Shown here: piece after piece, positions 10,350 through 17,154 of the stretch
Position numbering within the stretch: the stretch's first letter is position 1
How the letters are laid out: each line of letters starts with the position of its first letter
Source of the DNA: Candidatus Hydrogenedentota bacterium
GTDB taxonomy: Bacteria > Hydrogenedentota > Hydrogenedentia > Hydrogenedentales > SLHB01
NCBI GenBank assembly: GCA_963674865.2
Contig: CAXXYE010000007.1
Location: 339,746-403,745, forward strand
Direction: 5' to 3'
DNA: 64,000 bases
Program-made: the position numbers and the translations under genes
Notes under the pieces: generated by a model
What the model was told of the DNA's origin: nothing
Database searches by the model: none
What the model saw: the letters and a program-made list of their open reading frames with translations, nothing else

Positions 10350-12239
10350 TTACCTCACCTGCGCCAGGGCCGTATAGAGGTCCGCTTCGAGGACGTCGAG
10401 GTCGACATTCCTTAGCCGCTGGACGGCGCCCGCAATGGCCGGCCGCGCCGACGGCGTGATGGTCAGTGCGATCTCGCAGATGTCCCCCTCAGACGCCATC
10501 AGGCGCGCGTCTCGCACGGCGGCTATCGTGCCGAGCTCGTTCACAAGCGTCTCAATCTGGCGCTGGCCTTGGACGCCCTTGACATACACCACGTACGACG
10601 CTGCACGGTCGTAGCGGGCCGCGAGTTTCTGGATGACCTCTGCTGCCACTTTCTCGCCCACGTCACGCAAAGAGTGGATGGCCGCGTCCTTGACGGTCAG
10701 TTGCCGCTTCTCGTTGACCCCCTCGACCCGCCCATCGGCGACGATGTCGCCCGTCACCGGCATCACGAGCTGGTAGTCGATGTCGGTCTTGTAGGAATAG
10801 AACTGCCCGAGCTTGTCCCTCAGCTCGCCTATGACCGCCAGATAGAGCGCGAGGTCCGTCTGGTTCTCCTGGGCACGGCGCGCAAGTTCCTTAGGGCTGC
10901 CGACGGGCGGCTCGATAACCACGGTCCGCATGCTGGATTCCATCAACGCATCCGCCACGGCCCGGCGCGCGGAGATGCCCGGGAACGGCCGGTCGCCCAC
11001 GTAGACCCTCTCGTGTCCGCCGACGGTGAAACTCACGTTCTCGCCTTCGATGGCCTTGAGAAGGTCATCCTGGAAGCGCACGCGCAGGATGACGTGGTAG
11101 ATCCCGTCTTCCTGAGACTCCTGGAGTACGTCGTAGTCAACGAACCGGCCTTCGGCAAGCGACTCGATACGATGCTGCATGAGCAGGTAGTTGTTGGCGA
11201 TGCTGCGCGCGGTGACCTGTGCGCCGTACTTCTCCTGAATCGCCACCCCGAGGGCATCCAGAATCGCCGCGTTTCTGGCCTGGCCCGGCGCACCGCGAAC
11301 AAGGGCATACCCGTTCGCGATGATACCGCCCGGCTCCCGAGCCGACTCCTTCGCCGGCCCGAGTTGCTGCTGCCGCCCCGGCGAAACCGCCTCCGGCCGC
11401 AGCACGGCGTGGATGACGGTCGGCTGGTCCGCCTCCATGGTGACCATCTGCGGACGCGTCGTTTCGTACTGGTCCTTCCGCATCTTCAGCCAGAACTGCT
11501 GGCCGACGCCCACCATGACCTCCATCGGCGTCACCTGCAACTGCTTCTCCGGGGGCCACGGCTCATACCGGCCGAATTCCGCGCTTGCCACCAGCACCGT
11601 CGCACCCGGCGGGTCCGAGGTGACCACGAGCTTCTGCTTGGGCGTCTCCGCCGAGAAGTCTAGCGTGCAGTACAGAGGGTCCGCGGATTCCACATAGACG
11701 TATTGCGCCTCCGTCTCGATGAGCTTCTTCCCCTCTTTTCTGCGGCCTTTCACCCAGAACGCGTCGCCCACGGGCACCTGGCCATGAGCGGGCGTAATGG
11801 CCTCGCCCTCGGCCCCGGGCCAGGGCCGGTAGTCCCCGTCCATGGACTCGGCCACAAGCACCTCCGCGCCGTCGCCCGGCTCCGAGTTGATGTGCACCGT
11901 CGCCGTGTCCCCGGTTCCGAGTTTGAGCCGCAACGCAATGTCCTTCCCCGGGGTGGCCCGGACGAAATACGGCTCGGAATCGCGGTAGCCGTCCTTCTGG
12001 AGCTTGATCCAGAAGAAGTCGCCTTTCCGCAGCGGCACGCTTGACGGTGTTACGTGCAGGCCCCTCTCCTTGTAGAAGTCCTGCCATGGCCCTGCCTCGT
12101 CCTCGCTGAAGAGGATATGGGCCTGGGACGGCTCCGACTCGATGGTGAGCGTGCACACGCCCGACCGGGGCGGTGCTTGGGTGGTGGCGCAACCGACCAG
12201 CGCCAATGCGAGTAAACCGACCGGAATAATGCGTTTCAT
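10350..12239 (-). CDS. Lipoprotein with PEGA repeats and an FlgT-N/LPP20-like domain
   Basis: Lipobox LVGC. Three PEGA-like units (LTIESEPSQA, VHINSEPGDGA, LVVTSDPPGA, each with TP). ARNAAILDALGVAI is FlgT-N-like. Confidence 0.7.
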   Translation of the reverse strand: MKRIIPVGLLALALVGCATTQAPPRSGVCTLTIESEPSQAHILFSEDEAGPWQDFYKERGLHVTPSSVPLRKGDFFWIKLQKDGYRDSEPYFVRATPGKDIALRLKLGTGDTATVHINSEPGDGAEVLVAESMDGDYRPWPGAEGEAITPAHGQVPVGDAFWVKGRRKEGKKLIETEAQYVYVESADPLYCTLDFSAETPKQKLVVTSDPPGATVLVASAEFGRYEPWPPEKQLQVTPMEVMVGVGQQFWLKMRKDQYETTRPQMVTMEADQPTVIHAVLRPEAVSPGRQQQLGPAKESAREPGGIIANGYALVRGAPGQARNAAILDALGVAIQEKYGAQVTARSIANNYLLMQHRIESLAEGRFVDYDVLQESQEDGIYHVILRVRFQDDLLKAIEGENVSFTVGGHERVYVGDRPFPGISARRAVADALMESSMRTVVIEPPVGSPKELARRAQENQTDLALYLAVIGELRDKLGQFYSYKTDIDYQLVMPVTGDIVADGRVEGVNEKRQLTVKDAAIHSLRDVGEKVAAEVIQKLAARYDRAASYVVYVKGVQGQRQIETLVNELGTIAAVRDARLMASEGDICEIALTITPSARPAIAGAVQRLRNVDLDVLEADLYTALAQVR

Positions 12240-12293
12240 GGCAACTCCCCCTTCTTCCTTCTGCTGATTCTAATGTATCAGGAACGGTTCCGG

Positions 12294-13478
12294 CTAGTCT
12301 ATTAGAATCACCACGAAGCCCTCGCCCTGCGCCAACCGGCTCTCCAGCAGCGGCGTGAGCTTGAGCAGTGCCACACGGCCCAGCACAATGTCTTCGTTCG
12401 ACTCGCCGCCCAGTCCCGCCGCCTGGATAACGAGCGGCCTCGCCCCGAAACCGGGGATGGACCGGGCCTCGTCCATAGTCCGCGCATAGCGTACCGTGGG
12501 CTCCTTGCCTGTGGCCAGGTGGTCCAGGATGCCGCCCGCAAGGGGAAACACCTGCTCGCCCTTCTTCGTCACGGCCCGGGGCTCGAGAACGGGCATGGCG
12601 CCGAGTCCGCGCGCGTCCACCACGAGGTCCGTGTAGGCCCCGTCATCCGCCAAGGCCCGCTGGGGCAGCGCAACGGTGATGTCGTCGACGCGCACGTCCG
12701 CGGGAGGTCCGACCAGCGCCACGATCGGCGGTTCCGGCTCGGCCGCCTCAGGATTGGCAACCACCGGCGCCGTGGGGGCGGCGGTAGCCTCCGCGGGCGG
12801 ACCCGCTTCCGGTGCGGGTTCGTAGGGCGCGATCACTTCCTCGACAGCGGGCGAGTCAGGAGAAGAAGTTTCGGGCGCGGCCGGGCCGGCCTCGGGAACG
12901 TCCTCGTCCCCTCGGGCCGGCGCCCCCTCGCGTATGGTCACGTCCGGCTCACGCCCGAAAACCGTTGCATCCCGATAGACGGCCAGCCGCCCGGGCTGGA
13001 TCCGGTAACCCTCCGGCGACGAGAAATCCTGGCCATGGTTGGATCGCGCCAGCACCACCTCGACGTCCACTTCCGCCGTGCCGTCCTCACAATATCGCGT
13101 CTGAAGCACACGCACCCCTTTCAGGAACCCCCGGGTCTGCTCGCGGACCGCGTACCGGGTCTGGACGAAGTCCCCGGATTCGCTCTGCGATGACAGATCC
13201 ACCCCTTCCAGCAGCGCCGCCAGCTTCTTGAGCGCGTCCAGCTTGGCCGCCCCCACGGCCATCAGACGCGCCTGGGCAGGCGAGACCGCGTCCGCAGGCG
13301 CCGCGCCGTACCCCGTCACACGGAAGACCCCCGAACCCATGTTAACATCGTTCAAGAGCGCCGGTTTCGGCGCCCTGTCCTGCCGCCCAAGCAGCGTATC
13401 CCACGCCGCGCGCAACTCCAAGGCCGACGCTGTCGTCGCCATCGCTGCGACTGCCAAGATAACGATGAGCTTCTTCAT
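12294..13478 (-). CDS. Exported LPP20/FlgT-N-like protein with Pro/Ala-rich linker
   Basis: Signal peptide MKKLIVILAVAAMATTASA. VTGYGAAP..QARLMAVGAAKLDALKKLA..LEGV is typical of LPP20-like domains. C-terminal domain begins YTDLVVDARGL. Confidence 0.7.
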   Translation of the reverse strand: MKKLIVILAVAAMATTASALELRAAWDTLLGRQDRAPKPALLNDVNMGSGVFRVTGYGAAPADAVSPAQARLMAVGAAKLDALKKLAALLEGVDLSSQSESGDFVQTRYAVREQTRGFLKGVRVLQTRYCEDGTAEVDVEVVLARSNHGQDFSSPEGYRIQPGRLAVYRDATVFGREPDVTIREGAPARGDEDVPEAGPAAPETSSPDSPAVEEVIAPYEPAPEAGPPAEATAAPTAPVVANPEAAEPEPPIVALVGPPADVRVDDITVALPQRALADDGAYTDLVVDARGLGAMPVLEPRAVTKKGEQVFPLAGGILDHLATGKEPTVRYARTMDEARSIPGFGARPLVIQAAGLGGESNEDIVLGRVALLKLTPLLESRLAQGEGFVVILID

Positions 13479-13530
13479 GACCCCGCTCCTTTCCTCTAGG
13501 GATGCCGTGAAATCGTCTTGCCATGGAAGG

Positions 13531-13546
13531 AGCAAGGCCCGTGCCG
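13531..13546 (-). promoter_or_regulatory. sigma-54 promoter motif
   Basis: Minus strand CGGCACGGGCCTTGCT, about 50 nt upstream of ATG 13478. Confidence 0.65.
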
Positions 13547-13881
13547 GGAAAGGTGTGACAGGCGGGTCACAGGAGAATCAGACTGCCGGCAGCCCTCTCC
13601 GCGTTGCTCGGCGTCCTCTGCAGCTCTGCGTTTGGATTTTTTTTAGCGCCGAGATGCGGAGTTCGCAAAGGAGCGCAGAGGAATCACGTGGTTAACTTGA
13701 TCAGTTCCTATGCCGCGGCCAGGGCTTCGCCCTGGACCCACTAAGATTGCTCGGTGCGACGCACCTCACAATCTCAAACAACATCCCCCTCCGAAGCACC
13801 TTAACCAGGGAAAAACACCCCCGCGCTACGGGCCTGTGCGCGGCCTATGCTACGCGGCCGCGCTCTTGGCCCTTCGCGCTT

Positions 13882-13932
13882 CGCGGCTTACGCCGCGCAA
13901 GCAACAAAGCCGCAAAGCAGTAAGCAGCAAAA
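13882..13932 (-). promoter_or_regulatory. Putative DGR IMH-adjacent sequence and hairpin downstream of target A
   Basis: The 24 nt after the stop (TTTTGCTGCTTACTGCTTTGCGGC) are identical to those after gene B. Hairpin CGCGGC-GTAA-GCCGCG lies 35 nt after the stop in both genes. Confidence 0.65.
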
Positions 13933-14058
13933 CTACGGCCTGGCGAGGCGGAACCCCAAGCGGCTGCGCCGGTAGCCCGGGACGACCCTGAAACGATTCG
14001 CGGAACGGCAGTACCACGGATTGAGGGACCAGCTGCCACCACGGAGCACCCGGTACGA
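13933..14058 (-). repeat. Putative DGR variable repeat VR-A
   Basis: Aligns without gaps to 17029-17154. Differences fall at codon positions 1-2 of NNC/NGG codons. Confidence 0.75.
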
Positions 14059-15987
14059 GCCTGTGCTGGGGCCCGTGGGGTCGGTTACTGAACCCGAAGG
14101 ATAGTCCCCGTACCAGTCCTGGCACCACTCCAAAACGTTACCAATCATGTCGTATAAGCCAAAGGCGTTGGGGCGAAAACTCCCAACTGGCGCCGTCACC
14201 TTATGGCCGTCCGTCGTGTCAGCAGCGTCCCAGGGGTGGTTGAACTCCGCCTTCCCTGTTCGGTCATAGACGTTTGCGTAGTTGCCCATCGTTCCGTCGT
14301 CGTCCCCCCAGTAACGCACCGTATCCGTCCCGGCACGACACGCATATTCCCACTGCGCCTCCGTCGGCAACGTGAAACCCTCGCCCGTCCGCTCCGAAAG
14401 CCACTTGCAGAATGCCTGAGCATCTTCCCAAGAAACATACACCGCAGGTTGTCGGTCGCCGTCCAGGCTGTGGCCTGCGTATTCCTTGCTCGAATGATCA
14501 GCCTTGAAACGCCGGTACTGGGCATTCGTCACCTCATACTTGCCCATCCAGAAGCCCTTTGAAATTGTCACCCGGTGCCGCGGATGTTCGTCCGTGTAGT
14601 ATTCCGCTTTGCCGTCGTACTTCGATGCCACCTGCTCGGCGCTTAGCTTGGACCCCATCATGAAGTCCCCAGGCGGAATCCACACCAGCTCGAGCGTCAC
14701 ACCCCCGCCAAGGTCGACCGTCTTGATGTCACCGGGCGTGGGCTGTCGCTCAGTCTGTTGCGACGGTTGCCTCGAGGCAGCGGGCGCGGCCGTTGTCGAT
14801 GCCGGGCCTTGCCCTGGGTCATCACGCGCCGCCCGGCCCTGCTGGCCAGAGGTCTCAGAAGAGGCCGCCCCTGCAAGGCCGTTATCTTCCGGCCCCGCGG
14901 GAGCGGGGCCCTCCCGGCGGAGGATAAAGGGCACAGCCAGCGCGAGCATCACAACAGCGGCGATAATCAAGAACATGCGCCTCTTCGGCGCAGCCTTTGC
15001 GGTTAGCGCCGGTGGCTCCGGCTGTCGTTGGCGCGGCTCTTGTATCTCCCTCGGCTGCGCGACACCGTTACCTGTGCGGCTGCGGCCTGAACCTCCGGAC
15101 AACGCCTCCTGTGTGGTGCTTTCGCCCTCACGAACACCTTGACGAATGAGCCTCTGCACAACCTTTGCCGACTCGGGTCGTTCCTCAGGCGATGGAGCGA
15201 GCAGCTCGAGCAGGAGGTCGTCGAGCCATCGAGGAAGGCTACTATTGAACTCACTGGGCAACCTGAACCGGCCCAGGGGTAACCGCCCGGTCAGGCATTG
15301 GTAAATCACCACGCCCAACGAGTACAAGTCGGCCCGCCGCGTCGCCTCCTCCCCCTGGAGCTGTTCGGGGGCCATATATACGGCCGTGCCGACGGCTGCA
15401 CTCGACTGCGTGAACCGGTTTGAACCCACGATCCGCGCCAGGCCGAAGTCCAGCAACTTCACGGCGCCGTCCCGGCAAACAAAGATGTTCTGTGGTTTGA
15501 TGTCTCGATGTATCGTCGTGCGGTGCGCGTAAGCCAGTGCCTCCAAAACACCGGCCATGACCCGCAACGTCTTGTCTAGGGACAGCGTGCCCCGCTCACT
15601 GAGGATTTCATCGAGGCTGTGGCCGTCGAGATACTCCATGGTCAGGAAACGAATGCCTGCGTGCTCACCCAGGTCATAGGTTGTCACGATATTCGGGTGA
15701 GAGAGCTTCTGGGCAATGTGGGCTTCCTGCACGAACCGCTGCTGAGCGCGTTCGCTCTTCATGAGGGACGGCAGGATGACCTTGAGCGCCTTGAGTTCGC
15801 CCTCCATGAGCTGGTCTCGGACCTTGTACACCAGGCCCATGCCCCCGCCGCCAACGGCCTCGACCACCTCGAAACGATCGGCGACAACCTCGCCCGCCGC
15901 GAAAACGACGCCCTCGTCCTTCGCCGTGAACAGCGTCGGGTGGTCGCCAAGACTATCGATGTTGAATGAACGTTCCATGTCCCCCAA
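13933..15987 (-). CDS. Transmembrane Ser/Thr kinase with C-terminal FGE-sulfatase (CLec-fold) domain (target A)
   Basis: Kinase motifs GGGGMGLVY, ALK, HRDIKPQN, DFGLA and GTAVYMAPEQ. TM segment MFLIIAAVVMLALAVPFIL. FGE motifs FMMGS, EVTNAQY, LPTEAQWEYACRAG, GLYDMIGNV, RGGSW and GFR. Confidence 0.93.
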   Translation of the reverse strand: MGDMERSFNIDSLGDHPTLFTAKDEGVVFAAGEVVADRFEVVEAVGGGGMGLVYKVRDQLMEGELKALKVILPSLMKSERAQQRFVQEAHIAQKLSHPNIVTTYDLGEHAGIRFLTMEYLDGHSLDEILSERGTLSLDKTLRVMAGVLEALAYAHRTTIHRDIKPQNIFVCRDGAVKLLDFGLARIVGSNRFTQSSAAVGTAVYMAPEQLQGEEATRRADLYSLGVVIYQCLTGRLPLGRFRLPSEFNSSLPRWLDDLLLELLAPSPEERPESAKVVQRLIRQGVREGESTTQEALSGGSGRSRTGNGVAQPREIQEPRQRQPEPPALTAKAAPKRRMFLIIAAVVMLALAVPFILRREGPAPAGPEDNGLAGAASSETSGQQGRAARDDPGQGPASTTAAPAASRQPSQQTERQPTPGDIKTVDLGGGVTLELVWIPPGDFMMGSKLSAEQVASKYDGKAEYYTDEHPRHRVTISKGFWMGKYEVTNAQYRRFKADHSSKEYAGHSLDGDRQPAVYVSWEDAQAFCKWLSERTGEGFTLPTEAQWEYACRAGTDTVRYWGDDDGTMGNYANVYDRTGKAEFNHPWDAADTTDGHKVTAPVGSFRPNAFGLYDMIGNVLEWCQDWYGDYPSGSVTDPTGPSTGSYRVLRGGSWSLNPWYCRSANRFRVVPGYRRSRLGFRLARP

Positions 15988-16150
15988 ACACCTCGCTAGG
16001 ACAAAACACAGTGTAGCCTAAGCCTCGGCCTCGGACAAGCCCATGAAGACAGGCATCGTAGCTTGGGACGGGCGAGACCTTCGCCTAGGCTACCGGTCTC
16101 GCTACGCAATGCTCTCCCTCTTGCACTTGGAATCATCCTTCCGTGAAAGT

Positions 16151-16166
16151 AGCAGGGCCCGTGCCG
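16151..16166 (-). promoter_or_regulatory. sigma-54 promoter motif
   Basis: Minus strand CGGCACGGGCCCTGCT, nearly identical to the 13531 motif, upstream of kinase A. Confidence 0.6.
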
Positions 16167-16354
16167 GGTAAGATGCGACAATGGGGCCACAAGACAAGGA
16201 ATTGAATAGCGGGATGTGGTCTTCTCTTGGCGCACTTAGCGCCTTGGCGTCTTTGCGTGAGAATATCTTTAACATGGAGGCGCCGAGGTCGCGCAAACAC
16301 GCGGCGGAATCGCGTGTTTCATCAGCGAATTGACTGTCTCATATGTCCCTTTTT

Positions 16355-16933
16355 GACCACGGAGGGCACGGAGAACACGGAGAAGGTACCATGCCGATGT
16401 CGCTCATGCTTTCGGTAGTCTTCTCGCGCCTTCCTCAGTCGCCCCGAACGCTTCGCTCTATCATCCGATGGACACCCGTCGCAGCCCGTCAATCATCCGC
16501 GGGACGTTGAAGTTCATCAGGTAGCCACGTCTGAAACCCAGCAATCGCAAGTAGCTCAGGATTTGGGCCATGTGGAGTTCGTTCAACTCTGATACGCATT
16601 TCAACTCGAGCAGCAGACAGTTCTCGACGATCACGTCCGCCCGAAAACCAAGCCCCAGATCGTGTCCGCGGTACGTGACGGGGATCTCGACTTGTGTGGA
16701 AGCAGCGATCCCAAGGCCCTTCAATTCAAATGCCAGCGCTTTCTCGTATACGGACTCCAGTAATCCAGGTCCGAGCTTCCGGTGCACCGTAATCGCCGCG
16801 CCAATAACACGTTCGCACAGGGCATCCGGGCAATCGAGTAGTCCCGCGTTGCTCATAGTTTCAAGATCCTTATGACCACGGAGATAAGGGCACGGAGAAC
16901 ACGGAGAGAGGCCCCTCTTTCTTCCTCCGTGGT
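16355..16933. repeat. Short CACGGAG-type repeats flanking the GxxExxY gene
   Basis: GACCACGGAG..GGCACGGAGAACACGGAGA occurs at 16355-16383 and 16874-16907. Inverted partner CTCCGTGGT at about 16925. Confidence 0.8.
16461..16856 (-). CDS. GxxExxY family protein (PD-(D/E)XK-like)
   Basis: VIGAAITVHRKLGPGLLESVYEKAL, FRADVIVE, LLELK and AQILSYL. ATG at 16856. Confidence 0.92.
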   Translation of the reverse strand: MSNAGLLDCPDALCERVIGAAITVHRKLGPGLLESVYEKALAFELKGLGIAASTQVEIPVTYRGHDLGLGFRADVIVENCLLLELKCVSELNELHMAQILSYLRLLGFRRGYLMNFNVPRMIDGLRRVSIG

Positions 16934-16977
16934 TAACTTGATCAGTTCCTATGCCGCGCTTCTGGCCCTTCGCGCTT

Positions 16978-17028
16978 CGCGGCTTACGCCGCGTATGCCG
17001 CAAGGCCGCAAAGCAGTAAGCAGCAAAA
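16978..17028 (-). promoter_or_regulatory. Putative DGR IMH-adjacent sequence and hairpin downstream of target B
   Basis: Same 24-nt post-stop sequence and CGCGGC-GTAA-GCCGCG hairpin, at the same spacing as after gene A. Confidence 0.65.
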
Positions 17029-17154
17029 CTACGGCCTGGCGAGGCGGAACCCCAAGCTGCAGTGCCAGCCGCCCGGGACGCTCCTGCTACGATTCGCGGA
17101 ACGGCAGAGCCTCGGGGCGTCGAACCAGCTGCCACCGCGGAACACCCGGCGCGA
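17029..17154 (-). repeat. Putative DGR variable repeat VR-B
   Basis: Partner of VR-A. Encodes SRRVFRGGSWFDAPRLCRSANRSRSVPGGWHCSLGFRLARP versus SYRVLRGGSWSLNPWYCRSANRFRVVPGYRRSRLGFRLARP. Confidence 0.75.

Noticed and set aside
13560..17030. DGR template repeat or reverse transcriptase within the window
   Set aside because: No AAC-rich third copy of the VR and no RT (YxDD) ORF were found. Only two coding VR-like copies are present.
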